64,000 nt of DNA from Candidatus Latescibacterota bacterium (GTDB lineage: Bacteria > Latescibacterota > UBA2968 > UBA8231), in assembly GCA_965197905.1 (NCBI GenBank), contig CBDAOB010000004.1:64001-128000 (forward strand), given 5' to 3'. The translations under genes and the position numbers were made by a program. Below the pieces are notes generated by a model. That model saw only the letters and a program-made list of their open reading frames with translations, did not search any database and was not told the DNA's origin. Shown piece by piece: positions 1-9,774 of the stretch. Within the stretch, counting starts at the first letter, position 1. Each line of letters starts with the position of its first letter.

Positions 1-6
1 TGCACG

Positions 7-1944
7 GTGAAACAACCCCAGGTGCCCAGTACGGAGTTTACCGTCAGCATTCCCGTTGCCGACGACCTCACCACCATAGAAGATGTCGCCGCTGATCGCT
101 CCGAGTTCCTGAACATCACCGGCGACGGCCGCATGGCCCTCGATTTCAGCACGGACGAAGCACAGCGAGAAATAGTGGGTGAGCGGCTGACGATCAGAAC
201 CACCGAAACCGCCTTCAGTAGCGAGATCCCAGATATCGACATCCAGCTACCGGCGATTCCAGGAGCATCCATTCCCATTCCGTTGCCTTCAACCGGAGGT
301 CAGGCGGTGGAAGTGGAATCTCTGGAAATCGAAGGGTCAGAGACGATAGACACCGGAGTCGGGGACCCGCTGGTCGTTTCTCGAGGCTTGCTCGACGTTA
401 CCGTAACTAACGGTCTCCCGCTGGGTATGGAGACCTTCGAGCTGACCTTGTTCGGAGGCACGGCGACCTTCACCAATCTGCCGGCGGGAGAAAGCGCTAC
501 CGAGCAAATCCCGTTGGACAATACAACCATCGGCGATCAGATCGAGATCGGTTTCGAACTAGAAACTATCACGGAAACGGTGGCCATCTCTGGACCAGGC
601 ACCATCGAAATCGATCTGCAATTCGTCGAGCTCTTCGTGCTTATTCCGCCACAAGACTTCGGAATACCCGAGTCTGCCATCGAGATTCCGACTGAGCAGA
701 TTGCCGTCCAGACCGCCACCTTCTCCAAGGGCCGTCTCGATTTCGATATCACCAACAACACGAATCTGGGGATTGGCAAGCTCGATCTCACCATGCGCGA
801 GCTGCGACGAGCCAACGGTGAAAGCGTGCGATTTGGCATCGACCAGCCACTGTCGGCAAGTGCTACGGCAATTGCTTCCACCGGGGATTTGACCAACGCC
901 GAATTCCGACCCGACAATCCTTCGGCGTTGCTCATGTCGTTCGAGGGCGCAACGGACACGCTCGAGGTGGGGGTGCCGTTCGTTAGTCGCAACAACACGA
1001 TCGACGTCGTCGCCCGTACCGACAGCTTCATCTTCGGCCAGGTTACCGGCACTATCAACCGTATCCGCATGCCGATCGACTCGCTGGCCACCTCGGTTGA
1101 CTTCCCGGAGGGTTTGGACGAGGTGGCTATCGATCGGGCCACGGCCCAGGTTTTCCTGCAATCTGCGGTAAATCTGCAAAGCTCGATCAATATCAGGATC
1201 AGGGGAACCAATAAAGGCGGCAATACCGAGGTCGTGAACATCGACGCCGTGTTCGATCGCGGCACCCCGGATGCGCCCAACCCCGAGACGATCGAGATCG
1301 ATCCCGCTCAGCTGCGGACGTTCCTCAATAATCTACCTACGGACATCGCGGTTTTCCCCGAGGTATTTATCGGTAGTGGAGATCCCGGTGAGTCCATCGC
1401 GGCGGATCACTGGGTGCAAATCGATAGCGTCATATTCAACGCGCCGGCCCGCTTCGAAATTCAGAACGACACCCAGATTCAACCCGACCCCGAATTGCAA
1501 AATCTGGAGGATGAAGAAGCCCGGCAGCGCATTTGCGACAATCTCGTCAGCGCATCCGTGTTCACCAACATTGAAAACCATTTGCCTATCGGGATTCGAG
1601 TGCGGTTGATGGTGTCGCCCAACCGGGCAGAGGTCTACACCAATCCGGTCCTCACCATTCCCGGCGCCGGTCAGGAGCCGTTCAAGGTGCCGGCGGCTCC
1701 CGTCGACGAGAACGGTCGCGTTACCCGAAGCCAGTTCGAACCCGCCCAGGGTGAGCCTGCCCGCGACGTAACGCTTACCAAAGACGACGTTCTCGTCTTT
1801 CTGCAACCCGGTGGAGTTTGGACCGGTGTTTTGGTCGAACTAGACGCGACCGGCGGAACGGTCGAGCTCTTCGCCACCGACTTCGTCAAGGTGCAAGCTG
1901 CCGGACGAGTGATTATGGAACTCAATGAAGACCTGGTTAAGTAA
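7..1944 (+). CDS. Large acidic beta-rich hypothetical envelope protein, probably truncated at the window edge
   Basis: 645-aa ORF with internally repeated N-x-L-P-x-G motifs (TNGLPLG, ENHLPIG); no signal peptide visible, so the true start is likely upstream; co-oriented with a barrel gene. Confidence 0.7.
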   Translation: MKQPQVPSTEFTVSIPVADDLTTIEDVAADRSEFLNITGDGRMALDFSTDEAQREIVGERLTIRTTETAFSSEIPDIDIQLPAIPGASIPIPLPSTGGQAVEVESLEIEGSETIDTGVGDPLVVSRGLLDVTVTNGLPLGMETFELTLFGGTATFTNLPAGESATEQIPLDNTTIGDQIEIGFELETITETVAISGPGTIEIDLQFVELFVLIPPQDFGIPESAIEIPTEQIAVQTATFSKGRLDFDITNNTNLGIGKLDLTMRELRRANGESVRFGIDQPLSASATAIASTGDLTNAEFRPDNPSALLMSFEGATDTLEVGVPFVSRNNTIDVVARTDSFIFGQVTGTINRIRMPIDSLATSVDFPEGLDEVAIDRATAQVFLQSAVNLQSSINIRIRGTNKGGNTEVVNIDAVFDRGTPDAPNPETIEIDPAQLRTFLNNLPTDIAVFPEVFIGSGDPGESIAADHWVQIDSVIFNAPARFEIQNDTQIQPDPELQNLEDEEARQRICDNLVSASVFTNIENHLPIGIRVRLMVSPNRAEVYTNPVLTIPGAGQEPFKVPAAPVDENGRVTRSQFEPAQGEPARDVTLTKDDVLVFLQPGGVWTGVLVELDATGGTVELFATDFVKVQAAGRVIMELNEDLVK

Positions 1945-1960
1945 GGGACGAGGAAATATC

Positions 1961-3441
1961 ATGAAAACAGTTAGACATCTGGTCGTCGCCGCGCTCTTGC
2001 TGGCGAGCGTTCCATCTTTCGCTGTCATGCGCGACACCGATCCCAGAGCCATGGCCCTGGGCCAGGCTTACACGGCGTTAGCGCGAGGCCCCGAGGCCGT
2101 ATTCTGGAACCCGGCAAATCTCGCCCTTAGCGACAGTCCGAGCTTCTCTTGGAACCTGGTTGGAGTGGGTTTTTCGCTCATCACCGAGAACAACAGCTTC
2201 TCCATCTCCACTTACAACGACAACTTTACCGAATCGAACGACTCCGTATCTCCAACCAGAGGGACCCTGTATTACATCAGCGACCAAGACAAGGACGACA
2301 TTCTTGCCGATATCCCCAGCGAGGGTTTGAAGATGAACGTGGAGGTGGAGCCCTTTCTGGCCCTGGGGATTCCGATCAACGGCGGCGTAGCATTCCCCAT
2401 GCCCTGGGGTGTGAAGTCTGCGGTGGCCATCGGCTTCTCCACCGGATTCGAAGGGGAGATCCCTAAGGATGTGTTCGAGATCTTTCTTCGCGGCAACGAG
2501 TTCGATTTCGCCCGGGAGCAAGCCAACAGGTCGCCAAACTACGATATCGCTGACTGGGACGGTTCAGGCTGGGCGCTGGGCAGTTTGAACATCGCCGGCG
2601 CCAAGGCGTTGATGCCGGCCCAACTGAAGCCGTATCTGAGCGAGTTCACCGTAGGAGCGACGCTCAAGTTTGTAGGCGGTGCCTACGGTGAAGTGGTAAA
2701 GTCAGGAGGTACCGGGCTGATTTCGAGGCTGGAGGGTACCGACGTAGACATGTTCGTATTGACCCAGAACGGTGGAGGCGGTGGGGTAGGTCTGGATTTC
2801 GGGGTTGCCGGCGTTTCCAAGAATCGCAAGATAACGGGAAGCATCGGCGTGCTCAATCTGCTCGACGCCTATTCCTGGAGCACCAGCGTACGCCAAGATT
2901 CCATATTCGTTACTGCGCGAGACCTGCGGGTGCACGGTTCATGGATCCGGACCAACAGAACATCGAGGAGGCCCTCGACAACCCCAAGGAGTGCACCGGT
3001 CCCAATGACCCCACGGGCGTGGAATATTCGCAAGATTGTACCGGCGATGTCGTATTTCAGGATAAGCAGGGAGAAGAGAGCTTTTCCCGCTCGCTGCCGG
3101 CCATGCTGCGCATCGGCGGTGCTTACCGGTTGATGCCGAAGCTAACGCTCGTGGGGAACTACGACCAAGCGTTCACCGATGGTTTCGGAATAACATCGAC
3201 ACCGCGACTGTCCGCCGGAGCCGAATATCGGCTGGTGCAATGGTTTTCGTCCAGGGCTGGGATTTCGCTGGGCGGCCGCAGCAACGCCTCCTCGATCGGC
3301 ATTGCCTTCGGTCCGTTCAAGGTCTGGCACACGCAACTGGAGCTGATGGACCTGGCGTTGGTCACCAGAGGTGGATTCTTCCCGGGCATTTCGAAAGGCA
3401 CGGCGATCTCGCTCCAACTATTCAGATTTAGCTTGATATAG
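1961..3441 (+). CDS. Outer-membrane beta-barrel protein (DUF5723/PorV/FadL-like), frameshifted near 2930-2940
   Basis: Signal peptide MKTVRHLVVAALLLA, PRAMALG..A..A..WNPANL motif; continues in the 2941..3441 frame with SLPAMLRIG, PRLSAGAEY, RAGISLGG. Confidence 0.75.
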
Positions 3442-3464
3442 AGCCCGGCGCGTAGAGCCCGGCG
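3439..3464 (+). repeat. Short direct repeat TAGAGCCCGGCG x2 at the stop codon
   Basis: Copies at 3439-3450 and 3453-3464. Confidence 0.7.
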
Positions 3465-3510
3465 TAGGTCTATTTTGTAGAGTTTAGCGCATAAAAATCG
3501 TCAAAACAGA

Positions 3511-3541
3511 GAGAGGTCGGCAAAGCCGGCCTCTTTTTTTT
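3511..3541 (+). terminator. Rho-independent terminator
   Basis: GAGGTCGGC-AAA-GCCGGCCTC followed by a T run. Confidence 0.8.
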
Positions 3542-3572
3542 GTCAGAACTCGAAATTCTCGAAAAAAACCGC

Positions 3573-3599
3573 TACAGAATATTAAGTCGGGGTCGATAA
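3573..3599 (+). promoter_or_regulatory. Sigma28 (FliA)-like promoter
   Basis: TACA-N15-GTCGATAA versus consensus TAAA-N15-GCCGATAA, 55 nt before the 3655 start. Confidence 0.6.
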
Positions 3600-3654
3600 G
3601 AGGGAGGAGGGGTACTTCATTCTTCCCAAAACCGCTCAACAAGGAGGAGCACTA

Positions 3655-4224
3655 ATGCAAGTCGGGACCACTCAGAGCCAGAGCCTGATTGCTTCAGTAA
3701 GCGTTTCATTCACCAGCATGACGGCAACTAAACAGGTGCAGACCGCGGGAGCCTCACCTGTTGCCGATATTCTGGAAGTAGGAGGAAAGGTCGAAGCCGA
3801 TTTCGCACAAACAGTTCTGCGCAATTCGGTCGAGGAGAGCATGACGGCTGCTTTCGAAGCAGCTGGGATCGACCTTTCCGTCGAAAGCTTGAAAGCTTCC
3901 GAGGCGGATCACTCCCCATCCGCCACCGCCAAGCTAATCGTCGATTTCGCCGTTGGATTTTTCGCTCAGTTCAAAGCAAACCACTCTGAGGAGCCTGGAA
4001 ACACTCAGATAGAGGGTTTTGCCGAACTCGTGAAGGGTGCCGTGGAAGCGGGCTTTAACAACGCCCGCGACATTTTAGGCAAGATTGGCGACATCTCCGG
4101 CGAGATTGAAGCGGATATCGACGAGACCTTCCAGCTAGCCATGAAAGGGATTGACGACTTCGCTGCGGAACAACGCGGAGTGTTGGCCAATCTTGAGGGA
4201 AATGATGAAGTTAGCGTAATATAG
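3655..4224 (+). CDS. DUF5610-like protein
   Basis: SPxATAxxIVDFA..FF..F, GF..AR.IL, I..TF motifs; strong SD AAGGAGGAG. Confidence 0.75.
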   Translation: MQVGTTQSQSLIASVSVSFTSMTATKQVQTAGASPVADILEVGGKVEADFAQTVLRNSVEESMTAAFEAAGIDLSVESLKASEADHSPSATAKLIVDFAVGFFAQFKANHSEEPGNTQIEGFAELVKGAVEAGFNNARDILGKIGDISGEIEADIDETFQLAMKGIDDFAAEQRGVLANLEGNDEVSVI

Positions 4225-4259
4225 TCGCTTTTCTGGGAAGAACTGCCCCGACTAGACCT

Positions 4260-4289
4260 GGGAGCCGCTTTTGGCGGCTCCCTTTTTTT
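4260..4289 (+). terminator. Rho-independent terminator
   Basis: GGGAGCCGC-TTTTG-GCGGCTCCC then T7. Confidence 0.85.
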
Positions 4290-4300
4290 GTCTACGCTGT

Positions 4301-4315
4301 CTGCCAAAATGGCAG
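4301..4315. promoter_or_regulatory. Palindromic candidate activator-binding site
   Basis: CTGCCA-AAA-TGGCAG inverted repeat about 50 bp upstream of a -24/-12 motif. Confidence 0.55.
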
Positions 4316-4366
4316 GAAACGCCATGTGTGGGCTGATAACCGGTTCGAAATACCCTGAAAAGCTGG

Positions 4367-4382
4367 TGGTACAGCAATTGCG
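4367..4382 (+). promoter_or_regulatory. Sigma54 -24/-12 promoter of degP
   Basis: TGGTAC-AGCAA-TTGC versus TGGCAC-N5-TTGC. Confidence 0.6.
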
Positions 4383-4578
4383 CCTGTGCAGGACCAGAAG
4401 AGGCCGAGACGCCTACCTATCGGGGACGCCGTTTTCGTAAGGTCAAATCCACCAGCTGGATGCCAGAGGGAACCAATATCCAGTACCTTCGTCTTTTTGT
4501 GGTGAACGACACGAAGGTCCCAAGCTTATAAATTCAAATTGAGGAATCACACTTCCAGAAGATCGAAAGGCGACCTCC

Positions 4579-6009
4579 ATGAATAGACCCCTTCTTCTCA
4601 CTCTACTGTCTGCCGCCACCATCTTGGCTGGTGGCATTCCCGCGCACGGTTCCGCCACGAGCAAGCTCGAGCAACTACAGGATCTCAGCGATGCGTTTTC
4701 CGAGTTGGCGGCCAAAGCGAAGCCGGGCGTTGTGGCCTTGATGACCGAACGGAAGGTGAGCGTGGACAATCCGTTTTCCGGCGCCCCTTTCAGATTCCAT
4801 TTCGACACCCCTCGGGGTCGTCAGCCAGGGGAGCGGGAATATCAGCAGGGACAGGGTTCGGGAGTGATCGTCAACTACAACCACGAGAGCTACATCCTCA
4901 CGAATAATCACGTGGTCAAGGGCGCCGAAAAGATCCGCGTCGAAATGACCGATGGCCGATCTTTCGAAGCGACGGTCGTCGGCACCGATCCTAAGACCGA
5001 CATCGCCGTATTGCGACCGAATATTGAGGACCTTCCCTCCGTTCCGCTGGGAGATTCAGATCAAGTCCGCGTCGGGGAATGGGTACTGGCCATCGGTAAT
5101 CCATTCGGCCTGGAGCATACCGTAACCTCGGGGATTATCAGTGCGCTCGGACGCCAGAACGGGCTGTTGCTGCGCCAAGAAGGGTACGAGGATTTTATCC
5201 AGACCGATGCGGCGATCAATCCTGGCAACAGTGGCGGTGCGCTAATCAACCTCAAAGGCGAGCTGGTGGGAATCAACACCGCCATCGTGAGCGGTACCGG
5301 CGGATACCAGGGCATCGGCTTCGCCGTTCCGACCAACATGGTCAGCCACGTCATGCAGAATCTGATCGACTACGGCGAGGTGCGTCGAGGTCTGCTCGGC
5401 GTAATGATCAGGGACCTGGACGACGAAATCGCCCAGGCCATGGGTGCCCGCAAGGGCAGCGGAGTCTTGATCGATATGGTCATTGAGGACGGACCCGCCG
5501 ATGATGCCCGGCTGGAGCACGGCGATATAATTCTGGAGGTCGATGAAAGATCGATGCCGAATGCCGCGACGCTGCGCAATCACATTTCTCAGACTAAACC
5601 GGGAACCGAGGTGGAGTTGTTGATTCTGCGGGATGGAAAAGAGCGCGCCTACCAGGTCGTCCTCGGACAGCTGGAATCGAAATCCGAGGTAGCTGCCGAC
5701 GAGCCCCCGACAAAACGCACGGCCAAGTTAGGGCTTGAGGTGCAAACTCTGAACCAGGAGCTGGCCGAAAGACTAGGTTACGAAAGCGAGCAAGGCGTGA
5801 TCGTGACGCAGGTTGAACGCGGAAGTCCGGCGGCGCGCAAGGGGTTGAGAGGGGGCGATCTCATCATCGAGATCAATCGAGCCACGGTCGCGAATCTGAC
5901 CGAATACGAAGAGGCGATCGACGAGGTGGGACCGGGTGAGGTCATTCTACTCCGGCGCCTGCGCTCGGGCCGAACCTCCTATATTGCTCTGCGGGTTCCA
6001 GACGAGTAG
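4579..6009 (+). CDS. degP: DegP/DegQ (HtrA) serine protease with two PDZ domains
   Basis: Signal peptide, TNNHVV, TDIAVL, IQTDAAINPGNSGG, two PDZ domains. Confidence 0.95.
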   Translation: MNRPLLLTLLSAATILAGGIPAHGSATSKLEQLQDLSDAFSELAAKAKPGVVALMTERKVSVDNPFSGAPFRFHFDTPRGRQPGEREYQQGQGSGVIVNYNHESYILTNNHVVKGAEKIRVEMTDGRSFEATVVGTDPKTDIAVLRPNIEDLPSVPLGDSDQVRVGEWVLAIGNPFGLEHTVTSGIISALGRQNGLLLRQEGYEDFIQTDAAINPGNSGGALINLKGELVGINTAIVSGTGGYQGIGFAVPTNMVSHVMQNLIDYGEVRRGLLGVMIRDLDDEIAQAMGARKGSGVLIDMVIEDGPADDARLEHGDIILEVDERSMPNAATLRNHISQTKPGTEVELLILRDGKERAYQVVLGQLESKSEVAADEPPTKRTAKLGLEVQTLNQELAERLGYESEQGVIVTQVERGSPAARKGLRGGDLIIEINRATVANLTEYEEAIDEVGPGEVILLRRLRSGRTSYIALRVPDE

Positions 6010-6016
6010 GAGGAAC

Positions 6017-6088
6017 ATGAAGGTAGACCACCTGCTCCAGCACCGGTGCGGGACGGTCTGGAGGAGAGACAAATATTGCAACCACTAA
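6017..6088 (+). CDS. Candidate 23-aa small ORF MKVDHLLQHRCGTVWRRDKYCNH
   Basis: AGGAGGA overlapping the degP stop, ATG at 6017, stop just before a hairpin. Confidence 0.3.
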   Translation: MKVDHLLQHRCGTVWRRDKYCNH

Positions 6089-6089
6089 A

Positions 6090-6130
6090 CCCCCGGTGCC
6101 GGCTGAGTTGAGTTCGGCACGGGGGCTTTT
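6090..6130 (+). terminator. Rho-independent terminator after degP
   Basis: CCCCGGTGCCG...CGGCACGGGG stem then CTTTT. Confidence 0.65.
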
Positions 6131-6159
6131 ATGTTAGTGTTGGACGAAAGGTCTCTCAC

Positions 6160-7988
6160 ATGGCAGGAAAAGAGTTTTATTACCACTGGAAGTGGCGACT
6201 GGCCGCCAGCCCGGAGAAGCTGTGGCCGCTGATCGCGGACACAAATCGCTTCAATAAGGATACGGGGCTGCCGCCCGTCATCAAGGTGGATGCACAGGAC
6301 CGGTTGCCCAATGCCCGCCGGCGATTGAGCTTCTCGAAAATGGGGGTCACCGTGGCCTGGGAGGAAGAGCCGTTCCAGTGGATCGAACCACGGCGTTTCA
6401 GCGTCGTGCGGAGATACACCAGCGGGCCTATTGCCGAGATGCGCGTGCTCGCCGAGCTGGAATCGCAGGACGGAGAGGGAACCGACCTGAGTTATCAGGT
6501 CTGGGCGCGCGGCCGCGAAACCTGTTGGGATCGTTGGCGATACCGATTCAAATCGGCATGGTGAGCGCCCGAAGCTTCGCCAAGGTGTTCGAGAGCTACG
6601 ACGAGGTTGCAACCAGCGACCAGCCGACCTACGAGTTGCCGGCCGCACCGGTTGAATTCACCTCCGGCGGACAGGAGAGACTAGCCGGGCTGAGGGAGAG
6701 CCTGTTGGCGGAGGACGCGGATCCACAGCTGGTCCAACGTCTCACCACGGCTATTGAAGAGTTCGACGATATGTCGGCCAGCCGCATGCGTGCCTACGCG
6801 CTGGCCGACACCTGGGATGCACCGCGACGCAAGGTTCTGGAGCTGTGTCTGTATGCCACCCGAGTCGGGTTGCTGGAATTCGAGTGGGACCTGCTCTGCC
6901 CCCTCTGCCGTGGAACCAAAGCTCGCAACAGCTCGCTGGGAGGGATCGAGCCCGAGGTGCATTGCGATACCTGCAACATCGATTTTGACGTCAACTTCGA
7001 GCGCTCCGTCGAGCTGACCTTCCACCCCAATCCCTCGATTCGCTCGATCGAAAGTGGCGAGTTCTGTGTCGCCGGTCCGCGGGTTACGCCCCACGTCGTT
7101 ATGCAACAGCTGATGACACCGGGCGAGACGCGCGAGGTGACGCCGCATCTGGAACAGGGACGTTACCGCCTGCGCGCATTCGAGATTTCGGGTGGTCAAT
7201 TTGTTCGGGTCACCGACGGCGCGGTGCAATCCCACCATACAATCATCGATGGAAATTGGTCCGACGGGGAAGTCTCCCTGGGAATCGGCTCGAGTTTGAA
7301 GCTTGAGAACCGGACGGAAGACGAACAATTGATTGTTCTGGAACGGCTGGCGTGGACCGACGACGCCACGACCGCTGCGGAGGTTACCGCTCTGCAACGG
7401 TTTCGCGACCTGTTTGCCGGGGAAGCGCTGCGTCCGGGGGAACGCATCTCCGTAGGAAGTCTGGCCGTCTTATTCACCGACCTCTGCGGATCTACCCGAC
7501 TCTACAACGAGATTGGAGACGCCTCGGCATTTGGCTTGGTAATGAATCACTTCGATGTGTTGATGGAAGCGATTGACGCGGAAGAGGGAGCGATCGTGAA
7601 AACGATCGGCGACGCCATAATGGCGGTGTTCAGGCGTCCCGTTTCCGCCATTCGCGCTATTCTCGCCGCCAACGAACGCTTGACTGAGGCGTCGGAAGGA
7701 CTGAGCAAACTGCGTCTGAAGGCGGGCATGCACTACGGGCCGTGCATCGCCGTTACCCTCAACGACCGGCTCGATTATTTCGGATCCACCGTGAATATCG
7801 CCTCGCGCCTCGAACATCTGTCAGAGGGCGCCGACCTGGTGATGTCGGCGACGGTGCACGACGATCCGGAGGTGCGACGATTCCTCGACGAGGCGTCTCA
7901 GTCGTTCAACATCGATCCCACTGCGACCACCCTGAAGGGGTTCGACGAAGCTCAGTTCGATCTGTGGCGCATGAATCTCGAAGTTTGA
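6160..7988 (+). CDS. Class III adenylate cyclase with N-terminal SRPBCC and DUF5939-like domains, frameshifted near 6510-6530
   Basis: WPLIADTNRFN N-terminus; CPLC/CDTC; LFTDLCGST, VKTIGDAIMA, DYFGSTVNIASR catalytic motifs. Confidence 0.85.
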
Positions 7989-8048
7989 GGTAGAAACCGG
8001 GCGATCCGAATTGACGGTTCCGAACAACGCCACTTCTCGGTTCCCTGG

Positions 8049-9734
8049 TCACAAACCTCGCTTCAGCGCTCGAAGATTCTGGCGCGCCCTGTCGAAGGCG
8101 GGGTCGGATTCAAGAGCGCGCTCGAAACGCGATTGAGCCTGCTCCCGCTGCCCCGTTTCCAACAGAATCACACCCAGGTTGTAGTGGGCGGCCGCGTAGC
8201 ACGGATTCAACTCCACTGCTCTGCGTAAAAAACCCAGCGCGGCCCCGTATTCCCGCCGTTTGTACTCCGCCAATCCGAGGTTGAACCAGGCCGGCGGATA
8301 GCTCGGGGAGAGCTGCAGGCAAGATCGCAAGAAACCGATCGCTTTCGTGACTTCGCCGGTTTCGACGTAGCTTCCGCCCAAATCATTGAATACTTCATAG
8401 TAGTCCGGATAAATCTCCAACGCTCGCTGCCAGGCTTCCCGCGCGCCACTCCGGTCTCCGAGTTCGAGCTTCGCGCCCCCCAGAGCGCGCCAGACGCGGG
8501 CGCTGTTGGGATAATTTTCGGCAGCTGCGACAAAAAGGGTGAGGTTGTTTCGCCACTCCTGAATACGCCCTACCGTGAAGAGGGAGAGGGCGAACAGGTA
8601 GGAGAGAGCTACCACCACTGAAACTCGTGGGGAAAGCTGCGCCGAGGCGGCTCGAAACGCCGCTGCGACAGCCATTGAAAATCCGAAAGCGGGAAGATAG
8701 AGGAACCTCTCCGCCATCATGGCGCCGATGGGGACGAGCAGGTTGGAGACTGGAAGCAGGGCGATCGCAGTCCAAGCCCCACCCACAAAGAGCCAGGGCA
8801 ACCGCTGCCAGCTGATAATTCCCAACAAGACGATGGCGGCGGCAGCTGCGACCACGAAGAATGTCGCCTTCGACCACAAGCTCATCTGAAGGGTCAGGGC
8901 GGCGAATGAATAGTCAGCCGACAACCCGATCGGAAGTACCAGCAGGTTCAGGTACCTGCTCATCACAAGTGATGCGTTGAGCAGGCGAAGACCAGGTTCC
9001 AAAGCGATCAAGGGGTTGTCGAGCTCGCTGATGCCTGGAACCGTCAATCCACCAAGAACGTACCAGCGCCAGACCAGGTAGATCGCTGTCAGGGCACTGT
9101 ATTGCAGACAGACCGACAAATGGCATCGGTGAAAAAATGCGCGATATTGTTGGCAATTGAACAGCAGAAACAATGCGGGAAGTACGATTGCGCTCTCTTT
9201 ACACATCAGAGCGGCAACAAACGCCAATCCAGCACCCCAAGGTAACCGGCCGCGCGAGCGGATCTGAAGCTCCGTTGCCAACAGGCCGAACAGGGTCGCT
9301 AACAGGTCGGCACGCCCCACGACTCCCGCCACTGCTTCGGTTTGCACCGGATGGGTGGCGAAGATCAGGGCGCCCAGAGCCGCCAATCGGTGCTCCATCG
9401 TTGCAAGAGCGATGACACGAAAGACCAACAGTACGACCAATCCGTGTAGAATAGCGTTGGTCAAGTGATAGGAGAACGGATCTTGTCCCCCGACCGCGTA
9501 GTTGACGGCGAAGGTCAAGACGGTCAGAGGGCGGTAGAGTCCCGAGCGGTCCCCATGGTACCCCGCCCAATAGTCCGAAGTGAAGATTTCGACCGGGTCG
9601 AATCGGTGTACGATCGGGTTGTCACGGACCGCGGTTTCGTCGTCGAGGACGAACTGGTTGCGCACGGTACTGATGTAGAGCAACGTTCCCAGCAGGGCCA
9701 ACGTAGATGCAGTGGAGAGTAGCTTTGTCATCAT
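8049..9734 (-). CDS. TMTC-like GT-C membrane protein with C-terminal TPRs
   Basis: FVLDD, YRPLT, HPVQTEAV..VVGRADLL, CKES, LSADY, MAERFLYLP, followed by TPR repeats. Confidence 0.9.
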   Translation of the reverse strand: MMTKLLSTASTLALLGTLLYISTVRNQFVLDDETAVRDNPIVHRFDPVEIFTSDYWAGYHGDRSGLYRPLTVLTFAVNYAVGGQDPFSYHLTNAILHGLVVLLVFRVIALATMEHRLAALGALIFATHPVQTEAVAGVVGRADLLATLFGLLATELQIRSRGRLPWGAGLAFVAALMCKESAIVLPALFLLFNCQQYRAFFHRCHLSVCLQYSALTAIYLVWRWYVLGGLTVPGISELDNPLIALEPGLRLLNASLVMSRYLNLLVLPIGLSADYSFAALTLQMSLWSKATFFVVAAAAAIVLLGIISWQRLPWLFVGGAWTAIALLPVSNLLVPIGAMMAERFLYLPAFGFSMAVAAAFRAASAQLSPRVSVVVALSYLFALSLFTVGRIQEWRNNLTLFVAAAENYPNSARVWRALGGAKLELGDRSGAREAWQRALEIYPDYYEVFNDLGGSYVETGEVTKAIGFLRSCLQLSPSYPPAWFNLGLAEYKRREYGAALGFLRRAVELNPCYAAAHYNLGVILLETGQREQAQSRFERALESDPAFDRARQNLRALKRGL

Positions 9735-9774
9735 CAAGCAAGTATAGCAAAATCGCCCGGCCGCAGCGGGAGCC

